Below are positions 40,407 to 52,089 of a DNA stretch of 64,000 nucleotides, in pieces (position 1 is the first letter of the stretch; the number at the start of each line of letters is the position of its first letter). The notes under the pieces were generated by a model. That model saw only the letters and a list, made by a program, of their open reading frames with translations, ran no database searches and was not told the origin of the DNA. The position numbers were made by a program, and so were the translations under genes. Origin of the DNA: Candidatus Altimarinota bacterium (lineage in GTDB: Bacteria > Patescibacteriota > Gracilibacteria > 1-14-2-50-48-13); contig JBKBWQ010000001.1 of the NCBI GenBank assembly GCA_046314355.1, positions 192,001 through 256,000 on the forward strand. Reading direction: 5' to 3'.

Positions 40407-41315
40407 CTATTTCCTAAGTCCTGAAATATAGGCTTCAGCACTCATTGGTTTTTTCCCCTCAGGTTGTAATTCAAGAATTTCGATACTTCCGGCTGCTGTA
40501 CCAAGGAAGAGTTTTTTATCAGCATGAGTAAAGTGTGTACTCGGATACTTTGTTTCGATGATATCGATCTTAAGTAACTTTATTCTTTTACCTTCCTCAA
40601 ACATAAAAATGCCTGGCCATGGTGTAAATGCCTGCCATTTATGATAGATATTTTCTGCTGTTTCATTATCCGGATGTATTTCACCCATTTCTTTTTCTAT
40701 TTTTCCACAGTAGGTGGCCTGAGATATATCTTGTTCTTCTGCCTTCACTGTTCCTTCTGCGTAGCCTATTAAAACTTCCGGCAGTATTTTTGCTCCTAGT
40801 ACACTTAAATCCTCAAATAAACTCTCACTCGTAGTTTCTTTTGTGACAGGCAGGATTATTTTCTGCAGCATAGCACCTTCATCCATACCTTCAGAGAGCA
40901 GCATAATAGTGACTCCTGTTTCTTTTTCGCCATGTAAAAGTGCCGCTTGAATAGGAGATGCTCCTCTATATTTTGGAAGGAGAGAGCCGTGAATATTGAT
41001 ACATCCGTATGTTGGTATATCTAAAATACTTTTAGGTATAATCCGGCCGTAGGCAACTACTAAGATGTAGTCTGGAGACAGACTTTGGATTAGCTCTATA
41101 TTTTCTTTAGACCTTAATTTTTCTGGCTGAGAGCAAGGAATATTATACTTCATGGCGACTGCCTTAATAGGAGTAGGCATAATTTCCTGTTTTCTGCCTT
41201 GCGGCTTGTCTGGCTGTGAAAACACATGTACTACCTCAAACCGCGGATCGTTGACAAGAGTCTCAAGGGCAGGTACTCCAAAGTCAGGAGTTCCCATAAA
41301 TATGACACGGAGCAT
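40407..41315 (-). CDS. fmt: Methionyl-tRNA formyltransferase
   Basis: FMGTPDF, VVAYG, INIHGSLLPKYRGASPIQ. Confidence 0.98.
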   Translation of the reverse strand: MLRVIFMGTPDFGVPALETLVNDPRFEVVHVFSQPDKPQGRKQEIMPTPIKAVAMKYNIPCSQPEKLRSKENIELIQSLSPDYILVVAYGRIIPKSILDIPTYGCINIHGSLLPKYRGASPIQAALLHGEKETGVTIMLLSEGMDEGAMLQKIILPVTKETTSESLFEDLSVLGAKILPEVLIGYAEGTVKAEEQDISQATYCGKIEKEMGEIHPDNETAENIYHKWQAFTPWPGIFMFEEGKRIKLLKIDIIETKYPSTHFTHADKKLFLGTAAGSIEILELQPEGKKPMSAEAYISGLRK

Positions 41316-41327
41316 GATAAGTATTTA

Positions 41328-42980
41328 TTATATAAGTTCTCCTCCTAAAAAATCAGCAATTTTAGAGTAATCTACTTTTTTCTCAGACATAGTAATATTC
41401 TTTTCAGATTCTTTTTTTCCTGCAGGAGAATGTGGCACAGCAGGTGCGTCACTTGGTTTTTCAAGCTTAAAGGTAATACGTAGTTTTACATGAAATTCTT
41501 TTTCTAATAATGCCTCAAGTGCTTGTTTATGTTCCTCTGCCTTTTCCATATGCAGGCTTCCAAAGACAGCAAGTATCAGCTGATGATTTTGAATCTCGCG
41601 TGGAAAGCTATGCCGTCCGAAGGTAAGCTTTGCTATGGACTTGGATAACTTCGCTGCGATGATATTCCAGTCGCGTTTGAGAACTGTAAGTGAAAGGGAA
41701 GAGTCACCTTCAGCACTACTAGTATCATTTTTATTCTCATTAGTCTGCACTACTGCTTCTTCCTTCTCTTCTTTCTTTTCAGTTTTTTCTACTACTGCCT
41801 CTTTTGGTGTCTCTGATACTTTAGGAGATGAGATGACTACTTTATCTTCAAACTTTGTCTCAGCTTTTTCCTGAATGACTTTTTTTTCTATACTTTTTTC
41901 TTTTACTGCTTCTTTCTCTAAAGGTTTTGTGAGAATAATTTCTGTCGGAATATCCATTTTAAGTTTTAAAAGCCGCAGCTCAAATGGAAGATTTGGAACT
42001 GCACTGTATTTAGCTTCTTGAAGTGCTTTTTCGACCTCCTCAGAGAGTTTCATTAAAAACAGAAGATCTGGTGAATGAGAAGTAGATTTCATCGCTACAG
42101 ATATCATCTCGCCTCGCACATAACTTAAGAAGCCTCTCATGAATTGTTCAATAGGGAACCCTCTCTTTTGAACTGAGTGCAATAATGAAAAAAGCTCTTC
42201 ATTATCTCCATTCTGCAGGATAGATAAAAGATCCCGATAAGCCCTTTCGAAGCCAGAACCTAGTAGAGATGAAACAAGATCAATAGTAAGTTTATCTGAT
42301 TGAAATGCTACTTTTTCCAGAAGAGAAAGTGCGTCACGTGCTCCACCACGAGCTTCTTCTGCTATCAATGCAATGGCATCTTCATCAAATTTGATACCTT
42401 CGCTATTACATACAAGCTGCAGGCGCTCTTTCAATTCATCCACTGTAAGAGGATAAAATTGAAAAAACTGACATCTTGAAATAATAGTAGGTAGTACCTT
42501 TTGAAGCTCTGTAGTGGCAAGTATAAAATGTACATGCTCAGGCGGTTCCTCAAGAGTTTTTAAGAGAGCATTAAATGCTTCCCGACTCAGCATATGTACC
42601 TCATCTATTATATATACTTTTTTTCGTGCAATATTTGGTACATAATTTACCTTTTCCTTGAGGTCACGAATATCATCAATACCTCTATTGGAAGCAGCAT
42701 CGATTTCGATTACATCTACCATTTGACCTTCTTCAATTTTTTTACAAATCTCGCAGATGCTGCACGGATTACCGTCCTCTTGCGGGTTAAGACAGTTTAT
42801 TGCCTTGGCAAGTATTCTCGCTGTGGATGTCTTTCCTGTCCCTCTTGGACCTGCAAATAGGTATGCATGAGCAAGCTTTCCAAGCTTTGATGCATTTTTC
42901 AGCGTCTGTTTAATATGCTCCTGTCCTTCAAGCTGATCAAAATTTTGTGGTCTATATGCGAGGTAGAGTGTTTTGTGCAT
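41328..42980 (-). CDS. dnaX: DNA polymerase III subunit gamma/tau
   Basis: YRPQ.F, GPRGTGKTS, EIDAASN, DEVHMLS, SRC motif. Confidence 0.97.
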   Translation of the reverse strand: MHKTLYLAYRPQNFDQLEGQEHIKQTLKNASKLGKLAHAYLFAGPRGTGKTSTARILAKAINCLNPQEDGNPCSICEICKKIEEGQMVDVIEIDAASNRGIDDIRDLKEKVNYVPNIARKKVYIIDEVHMLSREAFNALLKTLEEPPEHVHFILATTELQKVLPTIISRCQFFQFYPLTVDELKERLQLVCNSEGIKFDEDAIALIAEEARGGARDALSLLEKVAFQSDKLTIDLVSSLLGSGFERAYRDLLSILQNGDNEELFSLLHSVQKRGFPIEQFMRGFLSYVRGEMISVAMKSTSHSPDLLFLMKLSEEVEKALQEAKYSAVPNLPFELRLLKLKMDIPTEIILTKPLEKEAVKEKSIEKKVIQEKAETKFEDKVVISSPKVSETPKEAVVEKTEKKEEKEEAVVQTNENKNDTSSAEGDSSLSLTVLKRDWNIIAAKLSKSIAKLTFGRHSFPREIQNHQLILAVFGSLHMEKAEEHKQALEALLEKEFHVKLRITFKLEKPSDAPAVPHSPAGKKESEKNITMSEKKVDYSKIADFLGGELI

Positions 42981-43063
42981 GAGGATACTATAAAGTAGTG
43001 ATTTTATTCTAATGAAAAAATATACTTTGTCATCGTCATCCTGAATTTATTCTGGACGTAGCA

Positions 43064-43888
43064 TTATAGTATCATTGTCTGTACAACTGGAGCAATAACT
43101 GCTTCGATAAAGGATCCAATGATTAACAATCCAAGACCTGATAATAATAAGACGAGTGAGGTCTCTGCAGGTTTAAAAAAGTTGAGCGTAAGAAGGTGAT
43201 ATTTACTGAGGGCTCTTGAAAGAAATATACCCGCCAGTGCACAGACTATATAAGCACATACTTCTAAAATCATATGCGGGCTGATAATCAGCAGTGCTTT
43301 TAGTAATCGCAGTTGCAGAAAATCACCATTAACCGTAATAGTAGCTATAATTGATGCCCAAATGGTCGCATTGACTGCAAGTACAAAAATAACTCCTAAT
43401 CTAAAAACTAAGGAGAAAAGAAAAAAGATTAAAAATAATTTGAAGTTATTAATCAGAATAGTAATAAAGTCTGGAAAGGAGAAGAATGCATGATTGGAGG
43501 TTATGAGTTCTCTGAAAGGTATAAACAAACTCTCTGATTGTAAATATGCGGTAGCCTCTGAGAAGAGAACAAAGGCTGCAACTAAGGTAAGAAGAATACC
43601 TAGAAATACAGAAAAAAACTCTAGTACAAGACGTATATTCGCTTTAAATGCTGCAAGTGTCCTTGTCTGAATACTTTCATGATTCTTATCCAGCAGATAA
43701 TGAAGTAAGTCATAGAGCTGGATTACGGTCAGAAAAAGAGTAACAGTAAGTACACCATTTCTGAAAAGGCAGTGGGAAGCAATATAGGCAATCACTGTTG
43801 CTATAATACCACGCAGGAATAGTAGAAAATAACCAAAGATATTTTGTCCGTTTTTTTCGAGCTGACTTCCTGAAAGGAGGTAGAGCAT
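43064..43888 (-). CDS. Stage II sporulation protein M-like membrane protein
   Basis: Multi-TM; ILINN, PHMILE, FIEA motifs of the SpoIIM family; start uncertain. Confidence 0.75.
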   Translation of the reverse strand: MLYLLSGSQLEKNGQNIFGYFLLFLRGIIATVIAYIASHCLFRNGVLTVTLFLTVIQLYDLLHYLLDKNHESIQTRTLAAFKANIRLVLEFFSVFLGILLTLVAAFVLFSEATAYLQSESLFIPFRELITSNHAFFSFPDFITILINNFKLFLIFFLFSLVFRLGVIFVLAVNATIWASIIATITVNGDFLQLRLLKALLIISPHMILEVCAYIVCALAGIFLSRALSKYHLLTLNFFKPAETSLVLLLSGLGLLIIGSFIEAVIAPVVQTMIL

Positions 43889-43926
43889 AATTGAGAGAAT
43901 TGATATTCACTCTTCATTGTAACATA

Positions 43927-44026
43927 GGGGGCGCAGGAGCTCAATAAATGGGCTCGTAATTGGGCTCTAATTATTTGGGCTGCAATAATTGAGCTCAATT
44001 ATTTAATATTGAGCTCAATTATCGCG
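43927..44026. repeat. 13-14 bp unit array (gene-less copy, mostly left arm plus palindromic centre)
   Basis: GAGCTC, GGGCTCG, GGGCTC, GGGCTGC cores, then perfect 20-bp palindrome AATAATTGAGCTCAATTATT (43984-44003) and another GAGCTC. Confidence 0.88.
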
Positions 44027-44041
44027 TCCTTGTCTTTCTTA

Positions 44042-46471
44042 TTATCTCATTGAAATACCAGATTCCTTTTCAACAGCATTTACTGCGCTTTTAACTACTT
44101 CCTGAATTTCATTGTCCTTTAATGTCCTCTCAGGATTACTCAATGTAAGAGCAAATGTAACACTTTTTTTCTCTGATGGAACTTGTTCACCTTCATAAAT
44201 GTCGAATACTTCCACATCTTTAATGAGGCTGTTTGCTGAAGCTAGAGTTTCCAGTACATTTCCCACATACTGACGTTTATCCATGAGGAAAGCTAGATCT
44301 TTCCGTACTGCAGGGAACTGAGATACAGGAGTATAAGAAATTTCTCCGCAAATATCCTGGAGCATACTAACATCGAGTTCTAGAGCAGCAACATGAGCAT
44401 TCTTTATATCAAAATTACTCATTGCCATGGGGTGTACCTCCGCAATCACTCCAAGTACTTTGTCGCCTGCCACAATCTCAGCAGCCTTTTTAGGGTGTAC
44501 CCAGTGCTGGACTTCAGTTATTTCTTTACTGATTGGCTGGAAAGTAATCTTCTCTTTCAGGTGAAGAGCAGCAAAAATATCTTCAAGCAGGGCTTTAATA
44601 TGAAAATATGGATGATCCCAGGTATTCTTCATATCCTCTGTATGTGCGGCTATGATACCCAGATGAGCAGTCTCATAGGATCTTTCCTTTGATGTATCCC
44701 AGAATTTTCCCTCAACCTTTGGATAGACATGTTCTATTTCAAAAGCACTTATATGATCAGAAATCTTTAAGTTCTCTGCTGCAGTTTTCAGGAGGTGAGG
44801 CACAATATGTGTACGCATCATTTCCTGTTCGGAGGAAAGGGGATTCATGATCGCAATAGTCTCCTGGGTAAGAAGTGCATTTTTATGATCTTTCTTTGAA
44901 TAAAAAGAATAATGCTGTACTTCCTGGAGATTTGCTTGAGTAGAGAGTAGGTTTCTAAGATAATTTCTAAATTCCACTTCACTGTGAGCTGCATTGGGTG
45001 TAATCGGAAGCACAGGAATACTTGGTGTAATATTTCCAAATCCTAGAATACGGGTAATCTCTTCTACAATATCTTCTTTCATAGAAATATCTCCTGTAGC
45101 CCGCCAGCTTGGAACACGGAGAGTAAAATTATCACTGTCCTTTTCCTCGATAATGAATCCAAGGAAAGTAAGAATATCCTGGATTTCCTTTGTCTCTACG
45201 GGAGCTCCAATCCGATCTTTCAGGAATGAGTATGAAAGATCTATAGATACCGGTGCATTTGGCGCTGGATAGATGTCAGTAATACTGCTGGCAACTTTTG
45301 CTTCAGGATGTAACTCAAGGAAAAGAGATATAGCCTTTTCTAATGCAAGAATAGTCATCTCCGGATCAAGATTTTTTTCAAATCTCATGGATGCCTCCGT
45401 ACGAAGAGAAAGTGCCTGAGCACCTTTTCTAATAGTAGTTGGATGAAATATAGCAGCTTCTAATATAATATTTTGAGTCTGTTCACTGACTTCAGAGTTA
45501 TTAAGTCCCATGATTCCAGCAATTGCTATAGGAGTTTCTTTATCTTTTATAAGTAATACTGACTTTGGCACGGAGCGGTCTTGTCCATCAAGAGTAGTTA
45601 GCTCCGCTTCTTCTGAGCTCATATAGCCTACATGAATTTCTTTGGAAGTAAGTTTATCTGCATCAAAAGCATGAAGAGGTTGTCCGAGATCAAGCATGAC
45701 ATAGTTTGTGACATCTACAATGCTGTTGATACTTCGAATACCTACTTTTTCAAGACTTGTGCGAAGCCATGATGGGGAAGAAGTTGGTTTGATGTTTTCT
45801 ATATGTACTCCTAGATACCTTTTGCAAGTGTCTTTCTCTTCTATTGTTACTGAGAGTTTAGGAAGAGTTTCGTAGTTTGAAAAATCAAGCTTTGTTTCCA
45901 TGAAAGCTTTTAAAGGCTTTCTGTATATAACTGAACATTCTCTCGCAAGACCGTAATGTCCGAAAAGATCTGGTCGGTTTGTGATGGATTTATTATCTAT
46001 TTCAAGAATAGTATCATTGTAATGCATATATTCAAAAAAACTCTTTCCTATAGGTGCATCAGTAGGAAGTACAAGAATACCCTCTGCTCTTGTCTCTGAA
46101 AGTCCAAGTTCATCCTCTGAACAAATCATACCTCGAGACATAGTTCCTCTAAGTTCTGCCTCTTTGATTACAAAATCAGGTGCAAGCTGAGCACCAGGTA
46201 ATGCTACTGGCACTTTTTGACCAATCTCAAGATTTTTTGCTCCGCAAACTATTTGTCTAAGAGAACCTTCTCCAGCGTCAATCTGAGCAACCCGAAGTTT
46301 ATCCGCATTTGGATGTGGAATAAGTTCCTTTACTTCACCAATCACCACATGATCAATACCTTTCTGTTTTACTATGGATTCTACCTCGGAAGTATGGAGG
46401 CTGAGATCCTCTAAAATCGTAGAATCATCTATATCAACATAACGGCGGAGCCACTCGAGAGAAATATGCAT
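44042..46471 (-). CDS. pheT: Phenylalanine--tRNA ligase beta subunit
   Basis: HPNADKL, IVCGA, TNRPDL, GQPLHAFD, C-terminal FDX-ACB; 809 aa. Confidence 0.98.
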   Translation of the reverse strand: MHISLEWLRRYVDIDDSTILEDLSLHTSEVESIVKQKGIDHVVIGEVKELIPHPNADKLRVAQIDAGEGSLRQIVCGAKNLEIGQKVPVALPGAQLAPDFVIKEAELRGTMSRGMICSEDELGLSETRAEGILVLPTDAPIGKSFFEYMHYNDTILEIDNKSITNRPDLFGHYGLARECSVIYRKPLKAFMETKLDFSNYETLPKLSVTIEEKDTCKRYLGVHIENIKPTSSPSWLRTSLEKVGIRSINSIVDVTNYVMLDLGQPLHAFDADKLTSKEIHVGYMSSEEAELTTLDGQDRSVPKSVLLIKDKETPIAIAGIMGLNNSEVSEQTQNIILEAAIFHPTTIRKGAQALSLRTEASMRFEKNLDPEMTILALEKAISLFLELHPEAKVASSITDIYPAPNAPVSIDLSYSFLKDRIGAPVETKEIQDILTFLGFIIEEKDSDNFTLRVPSWRATGDISMKEDIVEEITRILGFGNITPSIPVLPITPNAAHSEVEFRNYLRNLLSTQANLQEVQHYSFYSKKDHKNALLTQETIAIMNPLSSEQEMMRTHIVPHLLKTAAENLKISDHISAFEIEHVYPKVEGKFWDTSKERSYETAHLGIIAAHTEDMKNTWDHPYFHIKALLEDIFAALHLKEKITFQPISKEITEVQHWVHPKKAAEIVAGDKVLGVIAEVHPMAMSNFDIKNAHVAALELDVSMLQDICGEISYTPVSQFPAVRKDLAFLMDKRQYVGNVLETLASANSLIKDVEVFDIYEGEQVPSEKKSVTFALTLSNPERTLKDNEIQEVVKSAVNAVEKESGISMR

Positions 46472-46651
46472 AAATATATCTGCATTTAAGCGAATAATAC
46501 GAATGGAAGTGTACTAGGAAAAAGGAAAAAGTAAAAGAGTAATTGGTAATTAAGTAATTAGTATTGTTGCTAGTTAGTAATAACTGCTTTGAAGCTTTCT
46601 TATTCTTACAAGCTATGATATAAACAAAATAATTATTACTTCTAAATATCT

Positions 46652-47143
46652 ATGCGTTTTCTAGGCATTGATCCAGGTATTGCTACAGTTGGTTTTGGAG
46701 TTATTGAAAAAACAGGCAATAACTATACTATGATTGATATGGGGACAATTGTTACTCCAAAAAATCTAGATACTCCTGAGAGACTTAATATCATCCGTAC
46801 TGATTTACTTGATCTCATTGATACTTTCAAACCGCATGCAGTATCAGTAGAAAAACTCTACTTTTCTACAAATGTAAAAACTGCCATGACTGTAGCAGAA
46901 GCACGTGGTGTAATACTTGAAACTATATTTTCGAAAGGTATTCAGGTAGTGGAATTTAACCCTCTTGAGATCAAGCAGGCAGTGACTGGGGACGGTAAAG
47001 CTGATAAAAAACAAATTCAGGATATGCTGAAGCTATTATTAAAACTTGAAAAAGCACCGAAGCAGGATGATGCTGCTGATGCTTTAGCAAGTGCTCTTTG
47101 TCTGGGACAGAGTTGGGAAATGGTAAAGAGGATGGGGGAGTGA
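46652..47143 (+). CDS. ruvC: Crossover junction endodeoxyribonuclease RuvC
   Basis: LGIDPG, VEKLYF, EARGV, DDAADALA. Confidence 0.97.
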   Translation: MRFLGIDPGIATVGFGVIEKTGNNYTMIDMGTIVTPKNLDTPERLNIIRTDLLDLIDTFKPHAVSVEKLYFSTNVKTAMTVAEARGVILETIFSKGIQVVEFNPLEIKQAVTGDGKADKKQIQDMLKLLLKLEKAPKQDDAADALASALCLGQSWEMVKRMGE

Positions 47144-48561
<1,418 letters not shown>

Positions 48562-48601
48562 TTATATCATATTCACTATCTAATTCGAGATAATTTATCT
48601 T

Positions 48602-51004
48602 TTAATAATTATTTGGATGAGTCGTATGATAGACAACATATGCCATATCACCTCTCGTTATTGGCTCAGCAGCTAGTGAAACTCCATAGGGAAGTATCTG
48701 TAAGGAAGTTGCTTTATCCATATAGGGTATAAACCAATCCACATGATACGGGAGATTCTCTGTTTTCCATACATCTATTTTTTGGGTTTTCATAAGCATT
48801 TTGAGTGCCTCAGCAAGCCTAATGGAAGCGTGAGGTTTAAAGGTATTATCAGGATATCCCTGGATGATTCCTTTATCAACTGCATAGAGGACATACGGAA
48901 GGTACCATGAATTTTCTTCAAGATCTGAGAGTTTATTCCCGGATGCAGTAAATATATGTCCATTAGCTACACTCGCCTTATATTTATTTAGTTCTGTTTT
49001 CTCAATATCATCATCCATACTTTCCAGTAGTATTTTGAGAAACTCTGCACGGGTAATCTCTTGAGTTGGTCTAAAGGTTTTATCGGAGAAACCTTTTATA
49101 ATTCCTTCATCTTTCAGCGCAGAAATTTCGGACTCATATTTATAATTGGACGTATCTATAAATGAGCTATTTTCAAGTGCAGTGAGTTGATAAAGCTCAG
49201 TTCTTCCAGGCTTGTCAAACTCTATAGATGAAAGAAATTTCTTTATGAAAGGAAAATATTCATTGTATTTTTCACTTTTTGCATCAAAGCGGATCTCATA
49301 GTAGTGTGCTCCATCCGGAATATATACATCAAGAAAGATATGCGGCACTGAGGACGCCGTAGATCCTGGAAGAGGAGGCAGCTCTATACGTGAAAGGATA
49401 AAATATGCTTTTTTTCCGCCGATAAAGAGATCATTACCGCTTGCCATGACGATGCTATAGCTTTTAGCACTCTCTAACTGCGCTTTGTAGAATTCCTTTA
49501 ACTCAGGATCTGTCTCGTTATCATAAGCCTCATAATAATTCATGGAAATATGAGACTCAAGATCAGTCTTATGTTCAAGCCATACATTAAAGGCAGGAGC
49601 TTTGGCTAAATAATGAGACTCAACCATATGCCACACGCTGCTTGTGTTTTTTACAGTTACATGAGGAACATCTGATCGTATGATAGATGCTGTAAAATTC
49701 GGCTTTACTTCCAGATCTAATGTGAAGCTAGCAATCATATTTTTGATCTTATTCTGTTCTTCAGGCGACTTACTGTTTGACTGTGTAAAAAGCTGTATTG
49801 TTGCAGTGCCATGTGGGATGAGATATTCTTCATAGTTAAGCGTATTATTTGGATCTCCAAAGTAATCACTATCTTTATAAGTAACTTTTACTGCAGGATA
49901 TTTTCCGTTGAGAGTCACGATCTCTCTTGAAAATCCTTTATAGTCTGATAGATAAGGACGATTGAGTTCATCGAATTTCTTTATATCTTCCACTGAACGG
50001 TCAAATGCTTCCTTCACATATGAGAGTGTCACATATGAAAATCCCTTTGTTGGAAGAATACTGACACTTCTTTTTCCTAGTTCCACCGCTACTCCTTTAT
50101 CTCCAAAAAGATCATCAAGGGCATTGAAAAACTTCCATCCCTCGCTCGCAGTAATTGTATAGCGAAAATTGCTATTATCCATAGTGTAGACTTTGCTCTT
50201 ATTTGCAGCATCAAATTGTTTTAGCACATTTTTGAGTTCATTCTCTGCTGAGATATTTACATGTACATTTGTACTCTGAATATTTTTTTCTATCCAGCTT
50301 TCGTAGTTTGCAATGGGTAAAAAGTATCCAAGAGTCTCTCCTGAAGACCATCCTGTTCGTCCAGCAGAGGGAATACCAATGAACACTCCTGTTGAATTCA
50401 CGGCAGTACCTCCTGAGTTTCCGTTTGAGATTTTTGCATCAGACTTTATAAGCTCAACTCCCTCAGTATTAAGATAGCCGCTTACCTGTCCGCTAGTATA
50501 TGTAATAGATGTACCACCTATATCAGGGTAGCCTATAGTTGTGACCAGATCTCCAACAGTAGGTTTTATCGCTCCTTTATAGCTGAGAAAATTAAAATTT
50601 GGAATAGTATTTCCATATATATCTTGTGAACTAATCTTCAGTACGGCGATATCGTCATCCTTATTACCTCCCACATAAGATGCCGTTGAAAGACATTTTG
50701 GAATCTGTACATCAGTTTTAAATGTATAGCATATCTCAAAAATATCATTAATTTTTTCTTCAGATGTGCTTAGATCTCCAGCTACATGGTAATTTGTAAC
50801 GAGGTATCCATCAGCAGTAATAATTGTTGCTGAACCTGCACCACTCGGGATCAGATCATTATCCTTTGTGAGAGTATACGAAATCACCTTAACCGTAGGA
50901 ATCTGATCCGAAGATCCTATCTCAAAAACTGTTGTATCAGCAGCTTGGGCTGAAACAATAGAGAAGCCTGCTAGTACTATTCCTGTAAAAAATAATGAGC
51001 GCAT
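48602..51004 (-). CDS. Trypsin-like serine protease with C-terminal SLH domains
   Basis: Signal peptide; TNYHV / DIAVLK / GNSGG catalytic triad; SLH repeats (GFSDKTFRP..ITRAE, GYPDNTFKP). Confidence 0.9.
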   Translation of the reverse strand: MRSLFFTGIVLAGFSIVSAQAADTTVFEIGSSDQIPTVKVISYTLTKDNDLIPSGAGSATIITADGYLVTNYHVAGDLSTSEEKINDIFEICYTFKTDVQIPKCLSTASYVGGNKDDDIAVLKISSQDIYGNTIPNFNFLSYKGAIKPTVGDLVTTIGYPDIGGTSITYTSGQVSGYLNTEGVELIKSDAKISNGNSGGTAVNSTGVFIGIPSAGRTGWSSGETLGYFLPIANYESWIEKNIQSTNVHVNISAENELKNVLKQFDAANKSKVYTMDNSNFRYTITASEGWKFFNALDDLFGDKGVAVELGKRSVSILPTKGFSYVTLSYVKEAFDRSVEDIKKFDELNRPYLSDYKGFSREIVTLNGKYPAVKVTYKDSDYFGDPNNTLNYEEYLIPHGTATIQLFTQSNSKSPEEQNKIKNMIASFTLDLEVKPNFTASIIRSDVPHVTVKNTSSVWHMVESHYLAKAPAFNVWLEHKTDLESHISMNYYEAYDNETDPELKEFYKAQLESAKSYSIVMASGNDLFIGGKKAYFILSRIELPPLPGSTASSVPHIFLDVYIPDGAHYYEIRFDAKSEKYNEYFPFIKKFLSSIEFDKPGRTELYQLTALENSSFIDTSNYKYESEISALKDEGIIKGFSDKTFRPTQEITRAEFLKILLESMDDDIEKTELNKYKASVANGHIFTASGNKLSDLEENSWYLPYVLYAVDKGIIQGYPDNTFKPHASIRLAEALKMLMKTQKIDVWKTENLPYHVDWFIPYMDKATSLQILPYGVSLAAEPITRGDMAYVVYHTTHPNNY

Positions 51005-51109
51005 TGAAAATGATGACTAATATGAAATATAGTGTCGGTAGTTTTTACATACTTTATAGAAAGCTCTATTGAAAGTAAAAAGAAAAGCTACTTTCTTAAC
51101 TGTTCTGAA

Positions 51110-52087
51110 TTAATCAGTTTTCACAAAAGCGAATTGTCCGTGATGACCGCTTACCTGCTGATTGAAGAGCTCAAGATCATGCATTTTAAAATAACTGATC
51201 ATTGTAGGGATATGATAGGTTCTAATTTCAAGAAATTTAATCTGCTCAGGAGGTAGAAGATGTATACGCTCTCCTCTATAACTGATAACGGTAGGGGAAA
51301 GTATTTCTACAGAGTACTGAAAACATAAGACCCCGATTGACCCTTCTAGTTCTGCTTTCAATACAATTTTAGTATCATCTCTTGGAATACCTAAGCGGTA
51401 AACTGCATCAGATAAACACTCCATGCGGGACTCATTTTTAAGCATTTGTGAGTAAGCATTGAAGATCATCAAATCATCTTTTTTATCGAGAGTAGGGCGG
51501 GTCATGATATCAAGGCAGATAATATCATCTTTTTCAAGAAGATTATAAAGTGTATCAACAATTTCAGTTTGAGAGACGTTACCTAAAGTACTACCGATAA
51601 GTAGAAAGATGACTTGATCAAATTTTTCTGTCTCTAAACGCTTTTTTAGTTCAAAATGAAATTCTGCTGCTGAGAAATCTGCACAGAAAAAGGAGCCGTT
51701 AATATCAGCCTGTATAAATTTTTCTTCTGCCGCATCTAACATTTCCTTTGAAGAATCAATACCAAAGAACTTATATTGAGTATGGTCTTTCACTTTCTTC
51801 ATCAGCATTGCTTCTATTGTAGCCTGTCCACATCCGAGACTTACAAATGCTATTTTATTATTTTTCTGTGGTATAAGAGAAATAATAAAGTCCACCATTT
51901 GCTCCTGTGTAAGTCTATTTTTCCAATAATCAGTAGTTGCAATCTGAGAAGTCGGTGTTGAGTTATAGTATTTGTTTGCGTTATCTCCCAGATAAATAAA
52001 TTTTTGTTCTATCTCTCGTCTTTTCACATTTCTAAGAAATTCTTTTTCTAACTCAAGATCAGACGTAAGGGTCAGTATAGTTGACAT
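51110..52087 (-). CDS. SAM-dependent methyltransferase, EgtD (histidine N-methyltransferase)-like
   Basis: REIEQKFIY, SLGCG, GIDSSKEML, CADF, GSTLGN pattern matching Methyltransf_33. Confidence 0.72.
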   Translation of the reverse strand: MSTILTLTSDLELEKEFLRNVKRREIEQKFIYLGDNANKYYNSTPTSQIATTDYWKNRLTQEQMVDFIISLIPQKNNKIAFVSLGCGQATIEAMLMKKVKDHTQYKFFGIDSSKEMLDAAEEKFIQADINGSFFCADFSAAEFHFELKKRLETEKFDQVIFLLIGSTLGNVSQTEIVDTLYNLLEKDDIICLDIMTRPTLDKKDDLMIFNAYSQMLKNESRMECLSDAVYRLGIPRDDTKIVLKAELEGSIGVLCFQYSVEILSPTVISYRGERIHLLPPEQIKFLEIRTYHIPTMISYFKMHDLELFNQQVSGHHGQFAFVKTD

Positions 52088-52089
52088 AA

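Noticed and set aside
41880-41887. A8 run in dnaX as a programmed frameshift/slippage site producing gamma
   Set aside because: A -1 stop follows within about seven codons, but A-runs are frequent in this Lys/Glu-rich AT-rich linker and no stimulatory hairpin or SD was evident
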